Below the pieces are notes generated by a model, which did no database searches, was not told the DNA's origin, and worked only from the letters and a program-made list of their open reading frames with translations. Both the position numbers and the translations under genes were made by a program. A stretch of DNA of 63,002 bases, filler included, from Octopus bimaculoides (lineage: Eukaryota): NCBI RefSeq assembly GCF_001194135.2. It is 5 parts of 4 records of this genome, joined end to end, with 100 filler letters (N's around TTAATTAATTAA, not from the genome) between each part and the next. Parts side by side here need not be neighbours in the genome. Positions count along the whole stretch, not along the records: positions 28,229 to 44,071 come from NC_068995.1; positions 44,172 to 54,865 come from NC_068981.1; 3 more parts are not named here. The stretch is one strand, 5' to 3'. Within the stretch, counting starts at the first letter, position 1, and every line of letters begins with the position of its first letter. Of this stretch, positions 35,378 through 48,169 are shown piece after piece.

Positions 35378-35925
35378 ATCTTCTACGAAATTCACTTACA
35401 AGGTTTTGGTCGGACTGAGGCTAAAGTAGAAGTCACTTGCCCAAGTTGCCACGCAGTGGGACTGAACCCAGAATCATGTGGCTGGGAAGCAAGCTTCTTA
35501 CCACACATCCATTCCTGCGACTATCCACAGAACCACGTGAGGTTTCTTTCTGTTTCCGTCTACCAATATCGCTCACAAGGAACGCCTTGTCTAGCCAGAG
35601 GCTATAGTAGAAGACACTCACCCAAGTTACCATGCAGTGGAACTGAATCCAGAACTATGTGGTTGGGAAGCAATCTTCTTATTTCTTTATTGCCCACAAG
35701 GGGTTAAACATAGAGGGGACAAACAAGGACAGACAAAGGGGTTAAGTCGATTACATCGACCCCAGTGCGTAACTGGTGATTAATTTATCGACCTCGAAAG
35801 GATGAAAGGCAATGTCGACCTCGGCCGAATTTGAACTCAGAACGTAGCGGCAGACGAAATACGGTTAAGCATTTCGCCCGGCGTGCTAACGTTTCTGCCA
35901 GCTCGCTGCCTTCTTACCCCACACA
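35378..35925 (-). mobile_element. two SINE A heads (35378-35510; 35541-35925), the second interrupted by SINE B (35682-35910)
   Basis: The B copy is flanked by a TTCTTA duplication (35676-35681 / 35911-35916) inside the A head sequence GCAA.CTTCTTACC. Confidence 0.8.
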
Positions 35926-36870
35926 CACACACACACCTACACTTGCACCTGTAGATAATGAATGGAAAGTATAGAGGAGCTAAAGAAAAGAAACAGAGAC
36001 AAGAAAAGACATTAGATTAGGGGAAAAGAGAAAACTGAATTAGCTCTGAAAAAGGAAAGAAAGTAAGCGAAGGGAGAAAGAAGAAGAAGAAGAAGAAGAA
36101 GAAGAAGAAGAAGAAGAAGAAGAAGAAGAAGAAGAAGAAGAAGAAGAAGAAGAAGAAGAAGAAGAAGAACACACGAAGTACAATTAAATACTGAGTTAGA
36201 GAGAGTGCGTTTGTGTAGGTGGGTCTGTGAAATGAAGACAGACAGACAGACAGACAGACAGACTGAGAAACAACGGGAAAGAGCCGCAAAAAAATTAAAC
36301 GTGAAGATGAGATAGAAAGAAAGAAAGGAAGAGAGGAACAAAAAGAAAGAAGATAGAGAGAGAAAGAGAGATGCTTAGACGAAGAAAAGAAGGAAAGAGA
36401 CAGGCGAGTAGAGAGTGTGGGGCTAAACAAGAAAGATGAAACAAAGTGGAAGGGAAACAGAAACAGAGCGGACCATAAAACAATGGGAGGAGGAGGAGGA
36501 GGAGGAGGAGACATGTGATAAAGAAAATGCAACGTTTGCTTACATATGTTTATACGTGTGTCGAGTTTGGTAGATCTTTGTGATTGCAAGTATAAGAATG
36601 TTTAGATCGATATATACTTTGTGTTTGAATAGAAAAATCGAAATTTTGTCGGGCCGGTGTATGTAGGTGTTTCCGTTGCAGTAAATAAAATTCTAAAATA
36701 GTTTCTTTTTTCTTCGCTATCGGGCCTCAAATTTACGCTGCCTCAAATTTTATCTATCGTCATTTAAACATCTTCACGATTTCGCCACCGAATTCACCAG
36801 AACTTTCAACTCTTTTAGGTAAGCCTCTATTATTAGTGGTATCATAGTAGATTTTTATTGTATGCTCTCA

Positions 36871-37075
36871 CTGCACCACCGAGCAGAGCTCTGTACGTTT
36901 TCCCTGCAAAACCAAGCTGGGTTCTGTATCCTTTCATTTCACAAGAAAATGGAGCTCTTTGTGCTCCTAACAAAGAGCCTTCTATGTCTTTTCACTGGGC
37001 ATCAAATCAGAACTGAGTCCTTTCACAACACAACCAAGCTGAGTTCTGTGTGCTTCCACCGCACAACCGAACGAC
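36871..37075. repeat. degenerate 33-bp tandem repeat
   Basis: Units start at 36871, 36904 and 36937 and recur near 37025-37070; consensus approximately C.GCACAACCAAGCTGAGTTCTGT.TGCTTTCA. Confidence 0.6.
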
Positions 37076-37384
37076 GTAAGCTAATGGTATGTGCAGTATT
37101 TTGTTCGTATATGTTCTACGTTAATGCAACAACTCTGTTATGTGTGCAGTACCTATTAGTATGGGTTTATGTAAATGTGTATGTCCCAAGATTTTAGATA
37201 AACATATGTCTGTATTTTTTATATCATTCCCAAAGCACCCATGAGAAACTATTTCTCTTTACTGTCCCTACATTCGTTATGGTTATTTACAGATTTTGAG
37301 ATACCTTATTGTGTCTTGAGCAAGAAGCACTTCTTTTCCTAGTTACCATTGACAAATACATCTAGTAGACTCATCATGACTACT

Positions 37385-37760
37385 CCTCATTGTATAGATT
37401 TATATCAGATTTTCTGTGGGAGAAAATGCAGAGAAGAGTACGAATGGAGTGGCCAGCTTCATTTAGAAATTGGCTGAGAGGAAGTTGTTCCTTAAAGGTG
37501 ATGTCGAATGGGCTAAAGCCTATACAATTTCCAAAGTGTATTTTCAACTGACCGTTATATTTTGTCCCACTAAACATCTGATGAGACTGCCGTTTCACCT
37601 TTTGGGAAAGGGACAGATTCCGCTAGTCAACAAAGCTATTTGCTACCATCATTTGCTCCTGCTAAGTCTCGGGCTGTTGTGGATAAGGATGAGCGGGCAT
37701 CTCTAAGGCTGAAGCACTTGCAAACATTCTTGGACAACTACACGATGAAAATGGTGAATA
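37385..37760 (+). pseudogene. L1/Tx1-clade LINE ORF2 fragment (C-terminal to the RT core)
   Basis: ..K.AERKL.LKG...AKAY....YF.LTVI.CP...LMRL...L.KG.IPLV...IC......LG..W matches the Tx1-type W..R.LS..GR / FLWKG..P.V / GGLG pattern. Confidence 0.65.
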
Positions 37761-38174
37761 GATGTGGTTGTCATTCATTCAATACGTCTTTCCGAAGCAC
37801 ACCCCTTTGACCTGAATCGAGCGTAGACCAAGGTTGGACATTTAATTACTCCAGTCAACGTCTGCGTGATGCATTCTACCGAATCTTTCAACTGACCGAT
37901 GACATATTAAGATACTTATTACCATATATTAAAAAAAATGGCGTTATCTGTTGGAATGAAAAATATCTAATTGCCCCTCTTAAGTATAAAATTATAAAAT
38001 CAAATCGCCATATCAGTAATTACATATTCCTAATTTAGTAATTCGTAAATTGAAACACAATATTAATGTAAGAATGGAGCATTCGGAGAGGATAACTAGT
38101 TTAAAATTGATATTGTTTCAGTGTGCAAGTCACCACATATCGTTCATACCTCATCAAAATCTTATTTGTAATAC

Positions 38175-38391
38175 AAGTCGGGGTACTGGCAGAATCTTTA
38201 GCACACCGAGCGAAATACGTGGCGGTATTTCGTCCGTCTTTACGTTCTGCGTTCAATTTCCACCAAGGTCGACTTTTCCTTTCAACATTTAGGAGTCGAT
38301 AAAATAAGTACCAGTTGAGCACTATAGTCGACGTAATCGACTTAGCCCCATCCCGGAAATTGCTGGCCCTGTGCCAAAACTTGAAACCAAT
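38175..38391 (+). mobile_element. SINE family B
   Basis: Head plus core plus GGCCCTGTGCCAAAACTTGAAACCAAT tail. Confidence 0.82.
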
Positions 38392-39122
38392 TACCTCGTG
38401 TCTTAATATCTAACAAACAAACGATAACCATTGCGTGTTTCTAACTTTTATAGTATTTATAGCATGTAACAATAATATTGAAATCATCATGGATATTGCA
38501 AACCTGATGACACTGTATTTCCTGTCTCTGGACAAAGGGTTTTGATCATATTATAGGATAAATTTGACTACTGCTAAAGCTTTTAAAAACAGAATTTGTA
38601 AGAATTATTTCTATCATTGCCTTTAGTAAATGTAAAGAGAAAGGGGAAAAGAGAGAGGCGGGGAGCGAATTAATTTCTTTGAAGTCGAATCAATAGAACA
38701 TCGTTCCAAATGCTCCTGTTCGATTAAGGCGCCTACTGTTACGCTCTGTTGACAAACCCCGCTAGGATTAAATTTATTTTCATTTTTCTAGAATCGGTAA
38801 AATTACCAAGCAAGATCGATTTAAAATTACCAAGAAAGTCGATTTAATCGACGATATACACTCCTTTATATTATATTATATTATATTATATTATATTATA
38901 GTATATCATATCATATATGTATTTGTATATATATATATATATATGTTTGTATGTATGTATGTATGTATGTCTTGTTGATATTTTTATTACGTTTTTATAA
39001 TAGTTATTGAGATATATCGTAATTTCTTCTTTTCTTTATTAAGCTTAATTTCGCTCTCTCTGTGTTCCTCTGCCTCTATCTGTCTCTCTTTCTTTCCCCC
39101 CCCTCTCTCTCTCTCTTTTCTC

Positions 39123-39161
<39 letters not shown>

Positions 39162-39669
39162 TCTCTCTCACTCTCTGCCCATCTCTCTTTCTGAATATCG
39201 TGTGGGTGTTTCCATTCCAGTTCAAACAGACAAAACCGCTTTCATCTTCTTTCAAATGAAACAGGTCGTTGATTCTAGATATAACGGGGAAAAAACGTCA
39301 CGGAATAATGATTAATTTAACAGTGACGTATTGAAAAGCATACTTGTTCAGAAACACATACACTCACATATGTACAGAGCAGTATATCCTAACGTCCTTC
39401 CTTTCCTCAAACGACCATCAGGTCAACGAACTACGTCTAATGACTTCCTTGATGAACGCATAGCGTTTGCAATGGAATTTTCGTACGATAGTGAAAATGG
39501 GATTTCCGTTGGCTTCTATAGGGTATTTCATATTTTCACAAGACAGAATGCTGTAGGTAGAAGCAGATAAGTTCGCCAAACATGCCTGGGCATTCAGATC
39601 ATAATAAGCAAACTCTCTAGCAATTCCATTCATCCAAAGCCTTCGACTGCTACTTTTATTGATCTTCAA

Positions 39670-39793
39670 CGATCAAAGGTCGAGTTGCCCGTGGCAAGAT
39701 TCGAACTTTGGACATATAGCGCTGTGATAAGACGGACTGAATGCAGCTAAGCATTTTCTCCGGCATTTTAACGATTCTGCCAGTTCACCGCCT
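39670..39793 (-). mobile_element. SINE family B head, degenerate
   Basis: Reverse complement of AAGGCGGTGAACTGGCAGAATCGTT... Confidence 0.65.
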
Positions 39794-39850
39794 TAGTGAA
39801 GCAACAAATAATACAAGGTAATTTGCAGCCTCTACAGAGCTTTATACACA

Positions 39851-39996
39851 TGCTTGTGTGCTTAAGAAATTTGCTTCCAAACAATGTGGTCTTGAGTTCA
39901 ATCCCATGCACGGTATCTTGGGCAAGTATTTCTTGTTTCAGCTCACTCTTCCATCCAAGACTTGTGAGTGGATTTGGTAAACTGAAAAAGCCTACC

Positions 39997-40053
<57 letters not shown>

Positions 40054-40310
40054 CCTATGTATTCATGTATGTATAAGCAGTATAGGCAGGTAGATAGAGA
40101 GTTAGGTTTATAGGTGTGCGTGTGTGTCTTTGTAATTGTTCTCCGACAGCACTTGAGACAACCGGTGCTGCTTTGTTTACATCTCCATAACATAGCGATT
40201 CGGGAAAAGAGGACGATGGAATAAGTACCAGATTCAAAAACAAGTACCAGGGTCGATGTATTTGACTAAATCCTTTTAAGGCGGTGCCTTATTATGGAAA
40301 CAGTCCATGA
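39851..40310 (+). mobile_element. SINE family A, old diverged copy
   Basis: Recognisable head, expanded internal microsatellite and tail blocks (GATGGAATAAGTACC, GGGTCGAT, AAGGCGGTGCC). Confidence 0.7.
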
Positions 40311-40889
40311 TAACATGTGTGTGTGTATGTATGTGTGCGCGAACGTGTCTGTCAAGCAGCTCTTAGTGCTAATTGTAATATGTTACTTATCACAACCACT
40401 CGCATAAGTAAACTGGCAGCTCTGTCCTACACACCCTGTAGGACAAAAAACAAAACAAAGGATGGATGAACTCGATAGCGTCAAAGGCCATCAAACAGTT
40501 GGGAGTGAAAGGCACTCCTCCCCCACCGGTCTTTGTTTAGACATCGCTCTAAGAAATAGAAATTCCTCATAGCGACATCGGAGACTTTACACTTGCTTGT
40601 TTTAGGAATACTTGGCTTTATGGACAAGATTTTTAACGGTGTTATGCAAGCTGTTAGTGGCATTGGATTTCACGCAGGCATCGCTGACTACCGTAGTCTT
40701 AAACATCGAAGCTGAGATAATTTATAAGTGATGGTCGTAACTTGTTTACGAGTTATCAGCCACCATGGGGAAACATTGCAAACTTTTGTTTATTGTTGTT
40801 TATATTAATTTTATATATGCACATTAGCGAATCGCTAAATCAGTCAATAATTTGGATGACAAAAGCATAAATATTAATAACGAGAGGAC

Positions 40890-40936
40890 TTAACTGATGA
40901 GGCAACAGAAATTGCCGAAACTGACGTCAATATTGA
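40890..40936 (+). ncRNA. type I hammerhead-ribozyme-like motif, one mismatch in stem III
   Basis: TTAA-CTGATGA-GGCAA(CAGAAA)TTGCC-GAAA-CTGACGTCAA-TA-TTGA, with a perfect 5-bp stem II and a palindromic TGACGTCA in stem III. Confidence 0.45.
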
Positions 40937-41141
40937 AAATTCTCGATCGGCATTTTTCGGATAATTATGGTCCCTGTCAGTGTATGTATACGTTTTCATT
41001 CATGTGCGTTAACTACAGCATTAGAGCGGTTTAGCTCTTATTTCTAGCAATGTAGGTGTTTTCTAGCACCTTAGTCACATTTACTGACAATTATAATTCT
41101 TCTCTTTGACGAAACAGTAAACTGCTGTTTATATTAATTTT

Positions 41142-41203
<62 letters not shown>

Positions 41204-42589
41204 ATGGGTGTGTGTGTGTGTGTGTGTGCGTGTGTGGGTGTGTGTGTGATCTATGGATTAAATATTAATAGATTTCCCTGAGGTAGAGGAGGCTCCCATT
41301 ATTTCTGAGAAAGCCGTGAGAAAGGCAGCTCTTCTAGGAGAAAGATACTGTAACATAAATCTTGGAGTCAAAATAGTTCTAGTAATTTTCTAACCCACTA
41401 TAGCGGCCGAGAGAAAGACAAATGTTTTGTACAAGCTTTTGCCACTTAAATCCATCGACATATCGATGTCTCACTATCAATTCATTTGTTGATCCATTTT
41501 GTATTTTATAAATTCCTGTGGCGATGCATGCATTGCGGCATGTGCAGCATATCCATGCACATGTAAGGATGAAAGTAAATCAGAAGAATCAAGTAAAATG
41601 TGTGACGGCTGTCATCTGACAAGATGATGCCATCATCGTATGTGTATATATTCAGCTGTTGGTGCATTCGTACGTATCATCCTAAATATGTATGTCTTTC
41701 GATCCTTGTGGTTTTGTGTAGATATACGTAGCCGATAGTGTTTGTTCGTGCCGATACGGGTCTTACTTCAAGCCTTTCTTCACATTTTCGTTTGCTTTCG
41801 TTTCGTTTTTCCTTCGATTATATTTATATTCATCAAGTTTTGCTCTGTTCTTTACTTCGTTTGTGTGCGCACGCTTAGTGTGTGTGTGTGTGTGTGTTCT
41901 AGTCTTTTATTTCATTGTTGTTACCATTGTTGCTTCATGTTGTTGTATGTCAGTTGGACTTTATAACTTTCACACTGAATAAGCAATATGTTTAATCTAT
42001 ATTAGCACATGTTTTATCATGAACATTATCTTTGCTTGACTGGCTTTTTGACGTACATCACCGCACGCCCACATATATAAACACTTTCACGCAAAAGCAC
42101 ACACATATGCAAATACTGTTATTTTCTCTAGTCTTCTAGTTATATTCTGCCTTCGTTTTAGACAACGTCCTAAGCGGTCCTATTGTTATGAACGAAGGTA
42201 ATTTTAACAAGCTGAGGATTTCTTTCTTTTGTTTATAACGAATTTGTTTCAACAGGTAGCACTATAGTTTCCTTGTTGCTGCTTTAGTTTTTCTTTTTCT
42301 ACTGTGCATGTGTCTTTGTTCATGTATGTGTGTGTGTATGCATTTGTGTGCGTATATATGTGTATATGTGTGAGAAAGGCAGAGAGAGAGAGAGTATAGG
42401 ATCAATATCTTTTCTTTCACTTTTGTCCATTTGCTTCAAGTTACTGGACTGCAGCCATGTTGGATCACCGCATTGGTGAGATGTAGTCGAACAAATAGAC
42501 CCCAGACATTATTTTTTCAAATTTGGTAATACCATATTGCTCTTTTAGTTGCGAGGGTATAAACACATTAAGAAGCGGTTGAGTAGCAC

Positions 42590-43630
42590 AAGCATGGCAG
42601 GCGCTAGCGTGACGAAAACAGCCGAAATATCTGGTGTATGAAGAAGTATTATCACGAAAGTAATGACAGCCTATGAGAAAGAGGGAAAACTCTGGAAGAA
42701 AACTAAAACTTTCAGATAGGGACCGTCGAACTCTTACGCGAATTGATAGAAAAGATCACAAAAGTACAGCTCCCAAAATTACTGCAGAGCTTAATGACCA
42801 CCTCGAGAACCTAGTTTCCATAAAAACTTTTGGCCGGAGGCTGCACAAAGCCGGATTTCACAAAAACTGTTTGCTGGGAGCTGCACAAAGCCGGATTTCA
42901 CGGGAGGGCTGCAATCAGAAAACCACTACTTTCAAAAACAAAGCGTTTAGAGTGGAGTAAAAACCTACAGAATTGATCCCTAGAGCAGTGGAAGAATGTC
43001 ATTTTCTCGGAGGAGTCATCCTTTACCTTATTTCTGACCACCGGCCGAGTATATTTGTGGAGACAGCCAAATGAAGAATTTAACCCAGACTGTCTACTTC
43101 CAACTGTTAAACATGGAGGAAGATCTATGATGATCTGGGGAGAGGGGTGCTATATCTTGGAAATCCACCGGCCCAATGGTTTCCCTTCGTGGCAGAAATA
43201 ATAGTCAAGACTATTTAAGTATTTTATTTGATCAAAATTATCCAATGTTTGCAGAATTGTTTCCTGAGGGAAACGCAATCTTTCAGGATGATAATGCACC
43301 AATTCACACGGCTAAAGTTGTTACTGAATGGCACGAGAAACATTCTAGTGAAGTTGAACATCTTACCTGGCCACCACAGTCCCCAGATCTCAATATTATT
43401 GAACATTTATGGTGCATTTTAGAAAAACATGTATGGAGTTGATATCATCCACCATCATCACTACAAGAAATGGAGACTGTTTTAGCTGAAGAATGGACAA
43501 ATATTCCTTTGGAAACAAATGAAACTTTGCATGAGTCCATACCTCATCGAATTCAAGCTGTAATTACAGCCAAAGGCGGTCCTACCCCATATTAAAATAA
43601 ATTTCTTTCCATTATTTTGCCCAACTCCTG
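42590..43630 (+). mobile_element. Tc1-family DNA transposon remnant (DD36E spacing), left end missing
   Basis: AGASVTKTAE, LSDRDRRTL, TAELN..LE, TVKHGG, FQDDNAPIHTA...WPPQSPDLNIIEHLW. The right TIR TTTCCATTATTTTGCCCAACTCCTG is followed by TA. There is a small internal tandem duplication at ~42835-42900. Confidence 0.93.
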
Positions 43631-43659
43631 TATATATGTATATGTATATAGGTATAGTA

Positions 43660-43705
<46 letters not shown>

Positions 43706-43761
43706 ATATTCTAGGTGTGTGGATGGGTGTGAATGTATGTATGTATGTATGTATGTATATG

Positions 43762-43920
43762 ACGGGTTTCTACAGTTCCCATCTACCAAATTCACGATCA
43801 GGGCATTAATCAGCATGGGACTAGAATAGGAGACACTTTTCAAATGTGTCGCGATAGTAGGACTGGTTCGGAACTCGAAACCACGTGCTTGCAAAGCGAG
43901 CCCCTTAATTACACGGCTAA
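43762..43920 (-). mobile_element. SINE family A head, degenerate
   Basis: GACGGGTTTCTACAGTTCCCATCTACCAAATTCAC... matches the reverse complement of the A head. Confidence 0.6.
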
Positions 43921-43979
43921 GCTGGCAACTGAGATTCTTTATATAAAACGACGAATTTTCTTACCTCTATAAAAATACT

Positions 43980-44071
<92 letters not shown>
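43980..44071. repeat. (GAT)n microsatellite
   Basis: Direct reading. Confidence 0.97.
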
Positions 44072-44171
44072 NNNNNNNNNNNNNNNNNNNNNNNNNNNNN
44101 NNNNNNNNNNNNNNNTTAATTAATTAANNNNNNNNNNNNNNNNNNNNNNNNNNNNNNNNNNNNNNNNNNNN

Positions 44172-44699
44172 TTGGCTTCTGATATTAACTGATTGGAAGT
44201 GTTATCATGTACATTGTTTTGTCTTGGTATAAAAGATGGGCTACAGCAAATATTCTGCTTAATAGCACAGATTTGCTTGTCAGTTGTTTGACCTTAACCA
44301 GTTGAGCATGTCCCTTGGTGGCTGACGATATGTGCATCTCTGATCACAAGTAGGGGAGTAGTGGGGGAGCATCATAGTCATATGTTGAGAGGAATTCTTT
44401 GGGGTTTGAATAATTCACCTTTGGAAACACGGGTGTTTCTTTCATCATCCTTCAACAAACCTTATTCATTGACCTTTTGAGCGGGATGGGCTACTCGACC
44501 TGAAGAAATTTCTAACTGGGCCCCACCTGCGAGGTCATGCGCTGTTTATCTTGATATGAGATCACCATGTCACGCACATATGGTTGTGATGCATGTGCCT
44601 GGTGTACCCTTATCAGACAGGTAGTCATGATGGATATAATGGGCTTCGTATATTTTTACCCCGGTGTCACTTTGATGGCATGCACTGCTCTTTCACTCA

Positions 44700-44740
<41 letters not shown>
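44172..44740 (+). repeat. unclassified retroposon-like 3' region ending in (TAA)n
   Basis: ~530 bp of higher-complexity, non-coding sequence ending in GCTCTTTCACTCAG followed by (TAA)n. Single copy in this window. Confidence 0.35.
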
Positions 44741-44742
<2 letters not shown>

Positions 44743-44958
44743 TATTTTCTCAAATTTTGGCACAAAGCTAGCAGTTTCGGGAAGGGCGTAAGTCGATTAA
44801 ACCGACTCAGTGTTCAACTGATATTCATTTTATCGACTCCTACAGGACGAAAGCAAAGTCGACCTCGACGGAATTTGAACTCAGAAATGTAAAGGCAGAC
44901 GAAGTGCCGCTAAACATTTTACTCAGCGTTCTAACGATTCTGTCAGTTCACTCCCCTT
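44741..44958 (-). mobile_element. SINE family B
   Basis: Reverse complement of the B head and core. Confidence 0.78.
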
Positions 44959-45224
44959 AAAAACAACAACAACAACGACGACGACGACGACGACGACGAC
45001 GACTAAACAACAATAATGGTAATGATAATAATGATTGTTGTTATAATAGCTGTTGTTGTTGTTGTTGTTATCATTGTAATACATGGTAGTTTGGTAGTTG
45101 TGTCAGTGAGCACACGGTAACGCTTAGCACACAATAACAGATGCCGCAGTTACCGTCTTCAGATACAATACCGGAATTACGGACCACCAAACAGCGCTGG
45201 GATGTTCAAATTGGTGGAAACAGA

Positions 45225-45372
45225 CATAGATAGATAGACAGAGAGGTAGATAGATAGATTGATTGAGAGATAGACAAGTAGATGGATAGATAGGTAGATA
45301 GGCAGACAGATAGACAGGTGGATATATATAGATGATAGATAGACAAAGTGATAGATGGAAAAATAGACAGAC

Positions 45373-45415
<43 letters not shown>

Positions 45416-45760
45416 CAAATGGATAGATAGGTAGATAGACAGACAAATAGATAAACAGATGGATAGATAGGTAGATAGACAGACAGGCAGATAGATAGAT
45501 AAATAGATAGATAGATAGACAGACAAATAGATAGATAGATAGGAAGAGAGACAGATAGATAGGAAGAGACACAGATAGACAGATGGATAGGCAGGTAGAT
45601 AGACAGACAGATAGATAGATAGATAGATAGACAGACAGATAGATGGATAGATAGATAGACAAATAGCTAGATAGATAGACAGATAGCTGGATAGATAAAT
45701 TGATAGGTAGATAGATAGACAGATAGATAGATAGACAAACAGACTGACAGGAAATAGACA
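45225..45760. repeat. degenerate (GATA/GACA)n array
   Basis: Direct reading. Confidence 0.92.
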
Positions 45761-45806
45761 TATACCATAAACAAAAGGATGAACATATGCATACATATAT
45801 GCATAT

Positions 45807-45850
<44 letters not shown>

Positions 45851-46310
45851 TGTGTGTGTAGTTTAGAAATGTGTGTATATAAATGATTAAGTAGAGAGAT
45901 AAGACTATAATTGTATCATACCACTCGAGTGAACTAACAGCATTAAGTGAAGGGAAAGATTTCGAAGCGAAACTGACATGCCCTACACCAAACAGGACAT
46001 AAGTAACAGTGGGGGTGTGTCTGAATGGAGACAGGGGCCTCTGTGATTAATCTCCTTTTTATAGGCTTTCATATTACACCAGTTCTTTTACACCCTTGGG
46101 TTCACCTTAAAACCTTATCCGATCTCGTATCTCCATTATTTTGTTTTTAAACATGTAAATAGTGATTGCCCTATCTCGATAGACACACTGCGTAGATGTT
46201 GCCTGCTTGGGTAGACATAATGTGTAGATGTTGACGGGAGAGACACAGTGTGTAGATGCTGTTTATTGGCTATACAGATATTGCATGTTGATGTTGACTG
46301 GGCACATGGT

Positions 46311-46670
46311 GGCATTCCGTCGGTTACGACGATGAGGGTTCCTTGTTGATCCGATCAACGGAACAGCCTGCTCGTGAAATTAACGTGCAAGTGGCTGAGC
46401 ACTCCACAGACGCGTGTATCCTTAACGTAGGTCTCGGGGAGATTCGGCGTGACAAAGCTGGCTCCTTTCATATACAAGTACAACAGAAACAGGAAGAGAG
46501 AAAGTTGTGGTGAAAGAGTACAGCAGGGTTCGCCACAACCCTCTGCCGGAGGCTCATGGAGCTTTAGCTGTTTTCGCTCAATAAACACTCACAACACCCG
46601 GTCTGGGAATCGAAACCGCGATGCTATGACCGCGAGTTCGCTGCCCTAACTACTGGGCCATTGCGCCTCC
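46311..46670 (-). mobile_element. SINE family D variant
   Basis: Minus-strand head GGAGGCGCAATGGCCCAGTAGTTAGGGCAGC...GTTTCGATTCCC; its tail is shared with the 1388 and 48170 copies, but the middle differs. Confidence 0.8.
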
Positions 46671-46837
46671 ACTCTGGGAACATAGACACTGTGTGTAAAT
46701 GCTAACTGGTTAGATAGGGACAGAGTGTAGATGTTGAGAGATGTTGATTGGATCGCACAACGTAAAGTTGCAGTGTGTAGATGTTGGTTAGTCGGATAGG
46801 CACAGTGTGTCGATGTTGATTGGGTCGACACTACATA

Positions 46838-47057
46838 AATATTGATTTCAAATTTTGGCACAATACCAGCAATTTTAGAGGAGGGCGTAAGTCAAGTTAC
46901 ATCGACTCCAGTGTTTAACTGGTACTTATTTTATCGATCCCGAAAGAATGAAAGGCAAAGTCGACCTCGGCGGAATTTGAACTCAGAACGTAGAGATAGA
47001 CGAAGTACCACTAAGCATTTCGCCCGAAGTGCTAACGATTCTACCAGCTAGCCACCC
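46838..47057 (-). mobile_element. SINE family B
   Basis: Full head, core and tail in reverse complement. Confidence 0.85.
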
Positions 47058-47422
47058 TACACTACGAAAATATTTACAAGAACGACACGTGTAAATTGTG
47101 ACTGGCTGACTAGACACAGCGTGTAAATATTAATTGGAAAGACAGACGCTGTGTGTCGATGTTGATTGGTTATATCATGCAATTTAAATCGAACTATTTC
47201 AATAATATATATTAATTTAAACTGCTATCACAATTTCTCAATGCAAACAAAAATACCCTGTTGTTGATGTTGAAATTCCAATGAAGGAGCCTTGGATCTA
47301 GGTTAGAAACCAGCTCTTTCTCTATTGGCAAGAAATCTTGAAATAAACTGAATAATGACATACAAGCATATATACGTACGTATATGTATGTATGTTTTAC
47401 TATTCATAGATGTGTGTGTATG

Positions 47423-47470
<48 letters not shown>

Positions 47471-47637
47471 CATGTATGTATAAACATATGGATGGATATG
47501 TGCATGTGTATGTGTGTATATGTGTATGTGTGAGGGATAATCAATGTCACTAATCATAAAATATTCGTATTTAAGATGCAAATTTATATATCACACTCAA
47601 TCATCCATCCATACATATATACACACACATATGTATG

Positions 47638-47682
<45 letters not shown>

Positions 47683-48169
47683 CCATACATACATATACAT
47701 ACGTACATACATACATGCATACATACGTACACACTCATATGTATATATGTATTTACACATGTGCATATATATGTATATATGTACGTATACATACATATAT
47801 ATACATATGTATACATACATGTGTGTGTGCGTGTTTGCTTTCTTGACATTCGATGCCAAATATAGATGGACATCACGTGATTAGCATATAGAAATTAAAC
47901 TGCTTTATAAAGTCACCCACTGCCAAATTCTAGTAGGCGACTTTAGAGAGATAAGAGCAAGTTAATTATGGCTTAATTAATCCTTATAATTAAGTTGTAT
48001 AGAATCTAGAATGTAACTGTGTGTGGTATGTTCGTTAGTGTTTTATAGTATCAATTAATTAGGTGTTATTGCCGGTAGCAAGACATCACATAATGCGATG
48101 TTTTATAAATGGGGAGTAAGATGTCGCTGTAGTAGGGGTGGGCCACATTGGCTGGTCAGAGAGAACCTA

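Noticed and set aside
39418-39669. 83-aa minus-strand ORF of ordinary composition (and overlapping plus ORF 39331-39570)
   Set aside because: No recognisable domain and no convincing splice sites; cannot be supported without homology or RNA data.
45108-45165. Minus-strand CTGAAGA followed by a 7-bp stem (CGGTAAC/GTTACCG)
   Set aside because: No GAAA follows the stem, so it is not a hammerhead.
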